This document shows positions 1 to 10,637 of a stretch of 64,000 bases of DNA, one piece after another; positions within the stretch are counted from its first letter, which is position 1; every line of letters begins with the position of its first letter. The position numbers were made by a program, and so were the translations under genes. Below the pieces are notes generated by a model. It was not told where the DNA came from and ran no database searches. It saw nothing but the letters and a program-made list of their open reading frames with translations. This stretch comes from Anaeromyxobacteraceae bacterium (GTDB taxonomy: Bacteria; Myxococcota; Myxococcia; Myxococcales; Anaeromyxobacteraceae). Location of the stretch: NCBI GenBank assembly GCA_047602405.1, contig JASGHJ010000001.1, positions 224,001 to 288,000 on the forward strand, in the 5' to 3' direction.

Positions 1-64
1 CAACCAGCACGCCTACGACGGCACCGTCGACGTCGCGAAGCTCGCGCCCGGGAAGGAGGCCTAG
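1..64 (+). CDS. 3' end of upstream gene, probably the molybdopterin catalytic (alpha) subunit; partial
   Basis: Frame from base 2 reads NQHAYDGTVDVAKLAPGKEA*, stop 2 nt before the beta-subunit ATG; identity inferred from position only. Confidence 0.5.
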   Translation, partial: NQHAYDGTVDVAKLAPGKEA

Positions 65-66
65 CC

Positions 67-1134
67 ATGACCACGACCACGACGCCGGGCGGCGCGCAGC
101 GCCAGCTCGCGATGGTGATGGACCTCAACAAGTGCATCGGCTGCCAGACCTGCACGGTCGCCTGCAAGACGCAGTGGACCAACCGGAACGGCCGCGAGTA
201 CATGTACTGGAACAACGTCGAGACGCGCCCCGGTGACGGCTACCCGAAGAAGTGGGAGTCGCTCGGCGGCGGGTTCGACGCGGCGGGGCAGCTCAAGGAC
301 GGCGTCGTCCCCTCCCGCCACCTCGAGTACGGCACGCCCTGGGACTTCGACCTCGGCGCGGTCGCCGGCGGCGCCGAGGTGAGGCCGCAGGGCAGCCTCG
401 AGCACGGCGCGAACTGGGACGAGGACCAGGGCGCGGGCGAGTTCCCGAACTCGTACATGTTCTACCTGCCCCGCATCTGCAACCACTGCTCGAACCCGGG
501 CTGCCTCGCGGCCTGCCCGCGCAACGCGATCTTCAAGCGCACGCAGGACGGGGTCGTGCTCGTGGACCAGGAGCGGTGCGAGGGGCTGCGCTACTGCATC
601 GCCGCCTGCCCCTACAAGAAGATCTACTTCAACCCGAAGATCTCGAAGTCGGAGAAGTGCATCTTCTGCTTCCCCCGCGTCGAGAAGGGCCTGCCGCCGG
701 CCTGCGCGCAGCAGTGCGTCGGGCGCATCCGGTGGGTCGGGTACCTCGACGACGAGGCCTCCCAGGTCTCCCAGCTCGTGAACCGGTGGAAGGTCGCGCT
801 GCCCCTCCACCCGGAGTACGGCACGCAGCCGAACGTCTACTACGTGCCGCCGCTCCCCGGCCCGCCGAAGTTCGACGCGCAGGGGAAGCCCATCCCGAAC
901 TCCGAGCGCATCCCGCTCGCCTACCTCGAGTCGCTGTTCGGCCCCGAGGTGAAGCGGGTCCTCGGGGTCATCGAGGCCGAGCTGGCGAAGCGGAAGGCCG
1001 GCAAGCCGTCCGAGCTCCTCGACACCCTCATCGCGTTCAAGCACTCGGACATGTTCCGCCTCGGCGCGCCGGTCTCCGAGGGGCTCGTCCCGCTCGGCCG
1101 CCGCGGCGTGAAGTCGACGGAGGTGAAGGGATGA
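67..1134 (+). CDS. Type II DMSO reductase family Fe-S beta subunit (NarH/PcrB/SerB/EbdB-like)
   Basis: MDLNKCIGCQTCTVACK, YWNNVET, NWDEDQG, YLPRICNHCSNPGCLAACP, ALPLHPEYGTQPNVYYVPP motifs. Confidence 0.93.
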   Translation: MTTTTTPGGAQRQLAMVMDLNKCIGCQTCTVACKTQWTNRNGREYMYWNNVETRPGDGYPKKWESLGGGFDAAGQLKDGVVPSRHLEYGTPWDFDLGAVAGGAEVRPQGSLEHGANWDEDQGAGEFPNSYMFYLPRICNHCSNPGCLAACPRNAIFKRTQDGVVLVDQERCEGLRYCIAACPYKKIYFNPKISKSEKCIFCFPRVEKGLPPACAQQCVGRIRWVGYLDDEASQVSQLVNRWKVALPLHPEYGTQPNVYYVPPLPGPPKFDAQGKPIPNSERIPLAYLESLFGPEVKRVLGVIEAELAKRKAGKPSELLDTLIAFKHSDMFRLGAPVSEGLVPLGRRGVKSTEVKG

Positions 1135-2192
1135 TCACGCTCTGCTTGATGGCGGTGATGGCCGCGACGTCGCCGGACGCCGCCCTGGCCGCGGAGACCG
1201 TGCTCGTGAAGGACGTCCCCGGGCCGCTCACCGCGGACGCGGCGTCGCCGTCCTGGGACGCCCTCCCCGCCCTCGAGGTCGCGGTGGGGCCGCAGCAGAG
1301 CGTCCGGCTCGTCGACCGGATGGCCAACGCCGCGCTCGACGCGGCGAGGGGCCCGCGCGCCGTGAAGGTGCGCGCCGCCACCGACGGGAGTTCCCTCGCC
1401 GTCGTGCTCGAGTGGGCGGACGCCACCGAGGACCGCGCCGCGGGCGAGACCGACCAGTACGGCGACTCCGCCGCGCTGCAGTTCCCGGAGCGGTTCGGCG
1501 CCGGGCAGCGCCTGCCGTACGTCGGCATGGGCGATCCCGACCAGCCGGTCGCGCTCTACCTCGCGCGGGCCCGGAAGGAGGGCGTCGCCGTGCGCGAGGC
1601 GGTCGCCGCCGGCTTCGGCTCGACCACGCGCGCCGCGCTCGGCGGGGCGAAGGTCTCGATGCGCTTCAAGGACGGCGGGTGGCGCGCGGTCTTCGTGCGG
1701 CCGCTCACCGCGCCCGCCCACGACCTCGCGAGCGGGCTCGTCCCGTTCGCGGTCGCGGTGTGGGACGGCGCCCGCGCCGAGCGCGGCGGCAACAAGGCGC
1801 TGTCGAGCTGGAAGGTGCTCCGCGTCGAGCGCCTCCCCGCCGACGCCGCCTACGCGGCCGAGCTCGCCCGGGGCCGCCGGCCCGAGGACCAGGGCGACCT
1901 CGCGCGGGGGAAGCAGCTCGTGAACGGGAGCTGCATCGCCTGCCACCGGACGCCGGAGCGGAAGGTCGCCCGGGTGGGGATGGCGCCGGACCTCTCCGCC
2001 ATCGGCGTCATCTCGAGCCCGGCCTACCTGCGCGACTCGATCGTCTCGCCGAGCCAGGTGGTGCTGCAGCGCAAGGGCTGGTTCCGGAAGGACGCGTCCG
2101 GCAAGCTCGTCTCGACGATGCCGCCCTACGCCGCGCTGCCGCCGGCCGACGTGGACGCGATGGTCACCTACCTCATGACCCTCGGGAGATAG
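1131..2192 (+). CDS. Haem b gamma subunit (EbdC/SerC-like) fused to C-terminal cytochrome c
   Basis: ATGA overlap with beta gene; signal peptide; LEWAD, DSAALQFP, YVGMG, FAVAVWDG..ERGGNK motifs; CIACH and distal Met (TMP). Confidence 0.85.
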   Translation: MITLCLMAVMAATSPDAALAAETVLVKDVPGPLTADAASPSWDALPALEVAVGPQQSVRLVDRMANAALDAARGPRAVKVRAATDGSSLAVVLEWADATEDRAAGETDQYGDSAALQFPERFGAGQRLPYVGMGDPDQPVALYLARARKEGVAVREAVAAGFGSTTRAALGGAKVSMRFKDGGWRAVFVRPLTAPAHDLASGLVPFAVAVWDGARAERGGNKALSSWKVLRVERLPADAAYAAELARGRRPEDQGDLARGKQLVNGSCIACHRTPERKVARVGMAPDLSAIGVISSPAYLRDSIVSPSQVVLQRKGWFRKDASGKLVSTMPPYAALPPADVDAMVTYLMTLGR

Positions 2193-2196
2193 CCCC

Positions 2197-2625
2197 ATGC
2201 CCAGGAAGACCAGGCTCGCCACGCTCCTCGCCTCCTCGTTGCTCGCCGCCCCGCTGCTCGCCTCACCGACGGTCGCCGCCGCCGCCCCGGGCGACGAGGT
2301 CGAGGTCACCGCCGGCGTCGTCACCGGCCTGAAGTGCGCCCTCGACGCCAAGGAGAAGCACGACCTCAAGCTCCTCACCGCCTGCCCGCCCGCGGAGGCG
2401 ACGAAGGGGCTGGTGGTGTTCGACGTCGCCGAGAAGCGCATCTACGGCATCTCGACGAAGGCCGTCCGCCGCTTCGAGCTCGAGGCCGCGTTCGGCGGCG
2501 GGTCGATCGACTTCACCGGCAAGGAGGTGAAGAGCGACCCGAAGACCGAGGTCACCACGGTCGACGTCACGGAGTACTCGATCGCCCGCCGGCCGAAGCC
2601 GGGCGCCTTCAAGGGCTGCCTCTAG
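2197..2625 (+). CDS. Secreted hypothetical protein
   Basis: Signal peptide, host-like codon use, tight operon spacing. Confidence 0.7.
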   Translation: MPRKTRLATLLASSLLAAPLLASPTVAAAAPGDEVEVTAGVVTGLKCALDAKEKHDLKLLTACPPAEATKGLVVFDVAEKRIYGISTKAVRRFELEAAFGGGSIDFTGKEVKSDPKTEVTTVDVTEYSIARRPKPGAFKGCL

Positions 2626-3494
2626 TGACCTCCGGCCTCGTCCAGCTCGGGAAGGCGGGCCGCCCCGCGGCCGACCTCTCCTTCGGCCACACGCTCGCGC
2701 CGAACGATCGCGCCGCGTTCGCGCGGCACGTGCTGCTGTTCACGAGCGGCAAGGGCGGGGTCGGGAAGAGCACGGTCGCGGTCAACGTCGCGAGCGCGCT
2801 CGCCCAGCGCGGGCTCGCGGTCGGCCTGCTCGACGCCGACGTGCACGGCCCGAGCGTCCCGCGGATGCTCGGGCTCGCCGGCGAGCGGGTGCGCTGGGGC
2901 GACGACGACCGGATGATCCCGGCGGAGAACTTCGGCCTCAGGGTGATGAGCGTCGGGCTCACCACCCCCGAGGCCGACACGCCGCTCGTCTGGCGGGCGT
3001 CCGTCGCGACCTCGGCGCTCGTGCAGCTCGTCGAGGACGTCGCCTGGGGTCCGCTCGACGTGCTGTGCGTGGACCTGCCGCCCGGCACCGGCGACGTGCA
3101 GCTCACCCTGGCCCAGGAGCTCCGGGTCTCCGGGGCGATCGTGGTCACCACCCCGCAGGCGGTGGCCACCGACGACGTCCGCCGCGCGATCCGGATGCTC
3201 CAGGAGTCCAGGGTCCCCGTGACCGGGGTCGTCGAGAACATGTCGAGCTTCGTGACACCCGACGGCGGGGTTCACCATCCGTTCGGGCAGGGCGGCGGCC
3301 GCTTGCTGGCCGAGGCCTACGGGGTGCCGTTCCTGGGCGAGCTGCCGCTCGACCCCGGGATCCGGGAGGCGTCCGACGAAGGACGCCCCATCGCGGCAAC
3401 CGGAACGGAGGCGCAGAGGGTACACTTCGTCGCGCTGGCCTCGGCGATCGTCGCCGGGCTGGGGCTGACACCGAGGGAGGAACAGACACCATGA
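2625..3494 (+). CDS. mrp: Mrp/NBP35 (ApbC) Fe-S carrier ATPase
   Basis: SGKGGVGKST, DADVHGPS, DLPPGTGD, VENMS; GTG overlaps upstream stop. Confidence 0.9.
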   Translation: MTSGLVQLGKAGRPAADLSFGHTLAPNDRAAFARHVLLFTSGKGGVGKSTVAVNVASALAQRGLAVGLLDADVHGPSVPRMLGLAGERVRWGDDDRMIPAENFGLRVMSVGLTTPEADTPLVWRASVATSALVQLVEDVAWGPLDVLCVDLPPGTGDVQLTLAQELRVSGAIVVTTPQAVATDDVRRAIRMLQESRVPVTGVVENMSSFVTPDGGVHHPFGQGGGRLLAEAYGVPFLGELPLDPGIREASDEGRPIAATGTEAQRVHFVALASAIVAGLGLTPREEQTP

Positions 3495-3865
3495 AGAAGC
3501 TCATCGCCATGCTCGCCGTCGCCGCCGCCGCGCTGCTCACCGCCTCCACCGCCCGCGCCGCCGAGCCGAAGAAGTCGCCGGAGCTCGTCGCGAAGGGGAA
3601 GACCTCGTACGAGACCAACTGCGCGGCCTGCCACGGCGCGAAGGGCCTCGGCGACGGCGAGGCCGGCGCCGCGCTCGACCCGAAGCCCCGCAACCTCGTG
3701 AAGGACAAGTTCAAGAAGGGGGACAAGCCGGCCCAGGTCCACGCGATGCTGAAGACCGGCATCGACGGCTCCACGATGGTGTCCTTCGGCCACCTGCCGG
3801 ACGAGGAGCTGTGGGGCCTCACCTACTACGTGCTCGATCTCCGCGCCGCGAAGGGCAAGAAGTAG
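3491..3865 (+). CDS. Periplasmic monohaem cytochrome c
   Basis: Signal peptide, CAACH, PKPRNL, TMVSF. Confidence 0.9.
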   Translation: MKKLIAMLAVAAAALLTASTARAAEPKKSPELVAKGKTSYETNCAACHGAKGLGDGEAGAALDPKPRNLVKDKFKKGDKPAQVHAMLKTGIDGSTMVSFGHLPDEELWGLTYYVLDLRAAKGKK

Positions 3866-3884
3866 CCGCGCTCGCCCCCGGGCC

Positions 3885-4727
3885 ATGAGCTCCCCCCACC
3901 CCGCGGGCGCACGCGCCGCGGGCGCCCTCGCCGTGGCCGCCGCCCTCGTCGCGGCGGCCCCGGCGGGCGCCCAGACCGCCGCCCAGATCCGCCGCGCCGA
4001 GGCCGAGATCGGCGTCGAGGAGAGGCTCGGCGTCCTGGTGCCGCGCGCCGCGACGTTCGAGGACTCGGAGGGCCATCCCCTCGCGCTCACCGCGCTCGCG
4101 GGGCGGCCGCTGCTCCTCTCGTTCAACTACACCGGCTGCCCCCGCCTCTGCTCGGTGCAGCTCGCCGGGCTCGCCCGCGGGCTGCGCGACCTCGGCTGGC
4201 AGGGCGACCGCTTCGAGATCGCCACGGTCTCCATCGACCCCGCCGACGGGCCCGCCCAGCTTGCGAAGTACAAGGCGACCTACGTCGGGCAGGCGGGCGG
4301 CCTTCCCTCGATCGCCGCCGCGTGGCACTTCCTCCACGGGAAGAAGGAGGACGTGGACGCGCTCGCCGCCGCCGTCGGGTTCAAGTACCGCTACGACCCG
4401 AAGACGAACGAGTTCGCCCACCAGGCGACGGTCGTGGTCCTCACCGCCGACGGCCACGTGAGCGGCTACCTGCACGGCGTCACCTACGCCGCCGACGCGC
4501 TCCGCACCGCGGTCGGCCGCGCCGAGGCCGGCAAGATCGCCACCGCCGCGGAGCAGAAGGACCTCGGCGGCTTCCTCCTCTCCTGCATCGGGTTCGCCCC
4601 CGACGACCCCTTGCCGCTCGCGCTCAAGATCATGCGCTTCGGCGGCGTCGCCACCGCCCTCTTCCTGTTCGGCTTCCTCGCCTTCCAGATGCGCAAGGCC
4701 CGCACCTCCCCGAGGACCACCCCGTGA
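3885..4727 (+). CDS. SCO/SenC family copper chaperone
   Basis: YTGCPRLC (CxxxC), FAH, C-terminal TM helix; precedes cox genes. Confidence 0.88.
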   Translation: MSSPHPAGARAAGALAVAAALVAAAPAGAQTAAQIRRAEAEIGVEERLGVLVPRAATFEDSEGHPLALTALAGRPLLLSFNYTGCPRLCSVQLAGLARGLRDLGWQGDRFEIATVSIDPADGPAQLAKYKATYVGQAGGLPSIAAAWHFLHGKKEDVDALAAAVGFKYRYDPKTNEFAHQATVVVLTADGHVSGYLHGVTYAADALRTAVGRAEAGKIATAAEQKDLGGFLLSCIGFAPDDPLPLALKIMRFGGVATALFLFGFLAFQMRKARTSPRTTP

Positions 4728-5758
4728 CGAGACTCCCCCTGGACACCGTGACCGCCCTCGCGGCGGCCGCCCCCGGGTACCTGCCCGCCCGCGCCTCCAC
4801 GGCCGCGGGCGCGGTCGACTCGGTCTTCCTCTTCATCTTCTGGGTGAGCGCCTTCTTCCTCGCGCTCATCCTCTTCCTCACCGTCCTGTTCGTCGTGAAG
4901 TACCGCAAGCGCCCGGGCCGCGAGGCGCCCGAGGCGTCGCCGTCGCACTCGACGAAGCTCGAGCTTCTTCTGGTCGGTCATCCCGCTCGCGCTCGTCATG
5001 GCGATGTTCGTCATGTCCGCCCGCGCGTACGTGACGATGACCCGGCCCGAGGGCTCGACGAAGGGCGCGCTCAAGGTGGGCGTCACCGCGAAGAAGTGGT
5101 CGTGGTGGTTCGACCACCCGGAGGGCAAGGGCGCCCCCGACCTGCACCTCGTGGTGAACCGGCCGGCGGAGCTCGTGCTCTCGTCGATGGACGTCATCCA
5201 CTCGCTCTACGTCGCCGAGTTCCGGCTCAAGCAGGACGCCGTGCCGGGCCGGTTCACCCGGATGATCTTCACGCCGACGATGGCCGGCACCTACCCCATC
5301 CTCTGCACCGAGTTCTGCGGCACCGACCACTCGCGGATGCTCTCGCAGGTGGTGGTCCACCCCGACCAGGCCTCCTATGACGCCTGGGCGAAGGAGGGGA
5401 TGGGCCCCGACGTGAACGTCGTCGAGGCCGGGAAGAAGGTGTTCCTGCAGCGCGGCTGCGTCGCGTGCCACAGCACCGACGGGACCCGCAAGGTGGGCCC
5501 GACGGTGAAGGGGCTCTACGGGCACGACGTGCCGCTCGCCGACGGCACGACCGTGAAGGCCGACGACGAGTACATCCGTGAGTCGCTGCAGAAGCCGGGC
5601 GCCAAGGTCGTGGCCGGGTTCCCGAACGTCATGCCGCCCGCCGTGCTGCCCGACGGCGACCTGAAGGCCCTGATCGCCTACCTCGAGTCCCTCGCGTCCG
5701 ACGCCGCCAAGGGCGGCGAGGCCGCCCCCGTCCCCGCTGCTGCCCCCGGAGCCCATCC

Positions 5759-5762
<4 letters not shown>
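4724..5762 (+). CDS. coxB: Cytochrome c oxidase subunit II with C-terminal cytochrome c (caa3-type); one-base frameshift near 4965
   Basis: [17 protein letters not shown] (CuA), CVACH; removing one T at gagcttcttc restores KLELFWSVIP. Confidence 0.9.
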
Positions 5763-7417
<1,655 letters not shown>

Positions 7418-7421
<4 letters not shown>

Positions 7422-8099
7422 GCTCCAACGGCGACGCCGCGAACCCCAACCTCGCGGTCCAGTTCGACGACATGAAGTCGCAGATCTCGACCGGGCAGCT
7501 CGGGGTCTGGCTCTTCCTCGGCTCGGAGAATCCTGTTCTTCTCCGGCCTCTTCACCGCCTACGCCGTCTACCGCGCGAACCACCCCGAGCTGTTCCGGTA
7601 CGCGCACTTCTTCCTCGACTGGCGCCTCGGCATGACGAACACCTTCGTGCTCGTCAGCTCGTCGCTCACCGCCGCGTGGGCGGTGCGCTCCGCGCAGCTC
7701 GGCGACACGAAGCACCTGCGCCAGAACCTCCTCCTCACGATGGCGCTCGCGGCGGGGTTCCTCGTCGTGAAGTACTTCGAGTACTCGCACAAGCTGCACC
7801 ACGGCATCGGCTGGGGGGCGGCCTGCCACCCCTCCGAGGAGATCCTGGCGTCGCTCCCCGCGGCGGCCCACGCGCTCCCCATCCCGTCGAACCTCGGGAC
7901 GTTCTTCTCGATCTACTACCTGATGACCGGCCTCCACGGCGTGCACGTGGTGGTCGGGATCGGGCTCTTCGGCTGGCTGTTCAAGCGCGTGAAGCAGTTC
8001 GGGGCCGAGAACTGGGGCGCGGTCGACGGCGTGGCGCTCTACTGGCACCTCGTCGACCTCATCTGGATCTTCCTCTTCCCGCTCTTCTACCTCATCTGA
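7418..8099 (+). CDS. coxC: Cytochrome c oxidase subunit III; one-base frameshift near 7529
   Basis: GVWLFLGSE then [27 protein letters not shown]. Confidence 0.9.
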
Positions 8100-8110
8100 C
8101 GGAGCCGCCC

Positions 8111-8500
8111 ATGTCTGACGCTCTTTCCGCTCACCCCGAGCGTAGCGCCGCCGCAGGCGGCGCGGAGTCGAGGGGCCACTCCGGAACCCACGTCCTCTCG
8201 CCGAAGGTCCTCCTCACGACCGCGGGGGCGCTCTTCGGCCTCACCCTCCTCACGGTCGCGGTCTCGCTCGTCGACCTCGGCCACCTGAACATCGCGGTCG
8301 CCCTCGGGGTGGCGACCGTGAAGGCCATCCTCGTCGCGGGCTGGTTCATGCACCTGCGCTACGAGGGGCGCTTCAACCTCGTCGTCCTCGTCGGCTGCGC
8401 GCTGTTCGCGATCTTCATGATCGGGTTCATCGTGTTCGACACGACCGAGTACCAGCCGGACCTGCGCGCCCACGACGCGGCGCAGGTGCAGAAGAAATAG
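8111..8500 (+). CDS. coxD: Cytochrome c oxidase subunit IV
   Basis: Three TM helices, [15 protein letters not shown]. Confidence 0.85.
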   Translation: MSDALSAHPERSAAAGGAESRGHSGTHVLSPKVLLTTAGALFGLTLLTVAVSLVDLGHLNIAVALGVATVKAILVAGWFMHLRYEGRFNLVVLVGCALFAIFMIGFIVFDTTEYQPDLRAHDAAQVQKK

Positions 8501-8517
8501 GGGATACTGGCGGGCCG

Positions 8518-9549
8518 ATGGCCACGACGAAGAAGCCTCGCCCGGAGGCCCGCCTCCTCGCCCTCGCCTCCTTCATCCTCGCCCAGCGCGCGCCCGTGAC
8601 CCGGGCGCGCATCTACGAGCGCTTCCCCCGCGACTACACGGGCAAGGCGGCGGCGAGGGAGAAGAAGTTCACCCGCGACAAGGCCGACCTCGAGGAGCTG
8701 GGCTTCGTGCTCGTCGGCGAGCCGCTCGAGGGCAACGAGGAGGACCAGTTCGGCTACCGGATCGACGCCCGGGCCTCGACGCTCCCGGCCATCGGGCTCT
8801 CGGCCGACGAGGCCGCGGTCGTCTGGGCGGCCGGCACCTCCGCGCTGCGCCTCTCCGACCACCCGCTGCGCGACGCGCTCGAGAACGCGCTCCGCAAGCT
8901 CGCGATCGGCACCCGCACGCTGCCGCCGCGCGTGGCCGCGCCCGACCTCGACGAGCCCGAGGGCGCCCCCGCGCCCGACGGCGACGCGCTCCTCGACACG
9001 CTCGTCGGCGCCTGGCAGCGCCGCAAGCGCGTCACCCTCGAGTACTTCCGGGTCGCGTCGAACACCCTCTCGACGCGCGAGGTGGACCTCTACGGCTGGG
9101 CGCAGCGCCGCGGCGAGTACGTCTTCGTCGGCCACTGCCACCTGCGGAAGGATCTCAGGCTGTTCTACCTGTCGCGCGTCCACGGCGCGAAGGCGAACAG
9201 GAAACGGCCCGCCCAGCACGACTACGAGATCCCGGAGAGCTTCGACATCGGCGCATGGGCGCGCCAGGCGGTGTGGGACTACCGCGTCCACGCGCCGGTC
9301 GAGGCGCGCGTCCGGTTCACGGGCTCCCTCGCGCCCATCGCCCGTGACCTCGTCCCGGAGGCGACGCTCGAGAAGCAGCCCGACGGGGCGCGGCTCGCCT
9401 CGTTCCAGGTGCGCAACGTCGAGGGGCTCGCGCGGCAGGCGCTCGCGTGGGGCCCGGAGGCCGAGGTGCTGGCGCCGGACGAGGCGCGCGCGACCGCGCG
9501 CGCGCTCCTCGCGCGGCTCGCCGCGGGCCTCGAGGGAGGTGCCGCGTGA
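8518..9549 (+). CDS. HTH-WYL-WCX transcriptional regulator, PafB-like
   Basis: RLLALA..KKFTRDKADLEELG N-terminus, REVDLYG..YVFVGHC..RLFYLSRV WYL region, WGPEAEVLAP. Confidence 0.88.
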   Translation: MATTKKPRPEARLLALASFILAQRAPVTRARIYERFPRDYTGKAAAREKKFTRDKADLEELGFVLVGEPLEGNEEDQFGYRIDARASTLPAIGLSADEAAVVWAAGTSALRLSDHPLRDALENALRKLAIGTRTLPPRVAAPDLDEPEGAPAPDGDALLDTLVGAWQRRKRVTLEYFRVASNTLSTREVDLYGWAQRRGEYVFVGHCHLRKDLRLFYLSRVHGAKANRKRPAQHDYEIPESFDIGAWARQAVWDYRVHAPVEARVRFTGSLAPIARDLVPEATLEKQPDGARLASFQVRNVEGLARQALAWGPEAEVLAPDEARATARALLARLAAGLEGGAA

Positions 9550-10517
9550 ACCCGACGCTCTCCCGCCTGAGGCGGCTGCTCCTCGTCATCCCGGCGGCGG
9601 CGAAGGAGTCGCTCGCCGGCCGCGTGCTCCCGCTCGAGAAGGCCCGCCGGATCGCCGGCGCGACCAGCGTGCGGCAGGTCCTCGAGGACGTGGACGCCAT
9701 CAAGGAGCTCTACCTCGGCGCCGGCGTCGACGAGGACGACCCGCTCTGGGTCCAGGCCTCCGACGACGGCATCGAGGTCGTGTACGCGAGCGGCCTCGAC
9801 GCCCCCCTCGCGCTCTCGCTGCCGGAGGGCGCGATGCTGCTCGCCGCGCTCCGGCCCTTCGAGCGGACCGCCGGGCCGGCGGTGCGCGGCGCGGCCCGGA
9901 AGCTCCGCAAGGCCATCCCCGAGCCGCTCCGGCCCGCCGCAAATCAGCTCGTGCGCGGCGTGGACGTGGTGGCCCCGCCGCCGGCGCCGCACCTCGACGT
10001 GCTCCGCGACGCCGCGGACCGCAAGCGCGAGGTCACCCTCCAGTACCGCTCGGTCGCCGACGGCAAGGTCGCGCCGCGGGTGGTCGAGCCCCGCGTGGTG
10101 TTCCATCGTGACGGCGTCTGGTACCTCGCCGCCTTCAACGTGGCGAAGGGGGAGGAGCACCTCTTCCGCGTCGATCGCATGGCCGAGGTCGTCGTGGGCA
10201 CCCGCACCTTCGAGCGCCACCGCGGCCCGGACCCGGCCCGCTACGCGAAGCGGCGGCTCTACTTCGCGAGCGGCGCCGAGCGCGACGTGAGCTTGCGCCT
10301 CGACGGCGCCCCCGCCCGCCTCGCCCTCCGCCGCGGCGGCGGCCGGGTGACCGAGAACGGCGACGGGACCGCGACGGTCACGAAGCGCATGACCACCGGC
10401 AACCACCTCGCCTCGGTGGTGCTCGGCCACGGCGGCGACGTGACCGTCACCGCCCCGGAGGACGTCCGCGAGGACCTCCGCAAGCGGGTGGCGGAGCTCG
10501 GGAAGCTGTACCGGTAG
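9546..10517 (+). CDS. HTH-WYL-WCX transcriptional regulator, PafC-like
   Basis: GTGA overlap; [10 protein letters not shown] start, [28 protein letters not shown]. Confidence 0.88.
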   Translation: MNPTLSRLRRLLLVIPAAAKESLAGRVLPLEKARRIAGATSVRQVLEDVDAIKELYLGAGVDEDDPLWVQASDDGIEVVYASGLDAPLALSLPEGAMLLAALRPFERTAGPAVRGAARKLRKAIPEPLRPAANQLVRGVDVVAPPPAPHLDVLRDAADRKREVTLQYRSVADGKVAPRVVEPRVVFHRDGVWYLAAFNVAKGEEHLFRVDRMAEVVVGTRTFERHRGPDPARYAKRRLYFASGAERDVSLRLDGAPARLALRRGGGRVTENGDGTATVTKRMTTGNHLASVVLGHGGDVTVTAPEDVREDLRKRVAELGKLYR

Positions 10518-10530
10518 CCGTGAAGCCTCT

Positions 10531-10636
10531 CGGCGAAGTGTCCCCCGGGCCAGAGGCCCGGGGACACGGAGCCGATCCAGGGGAGGGGCCCATCAGCTTC
10601 GCTGATGGGGAGGGGGGCCTACGGCCCCCCCTGAAA
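10531..10636 (+). repeat. Structured dispersed repeat, copy A
   Basis: Shares GCGAAG..GGAGCsGATCC..CAGCTTyGCTG..GGGGGC-TAC-GCCCCC..GAAA with 20611 and 61436 copies. Confidence 0.8.
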
Positions 10637-10637
10637 C

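Noticed and set aside
10602..10637. Hammerhead ribozyme (CTGATG..hairpin..GAAAC) in repeat copy A
   Set aside because: Core is CTGATGG not CTGANGA, and is not kept in copies B and C
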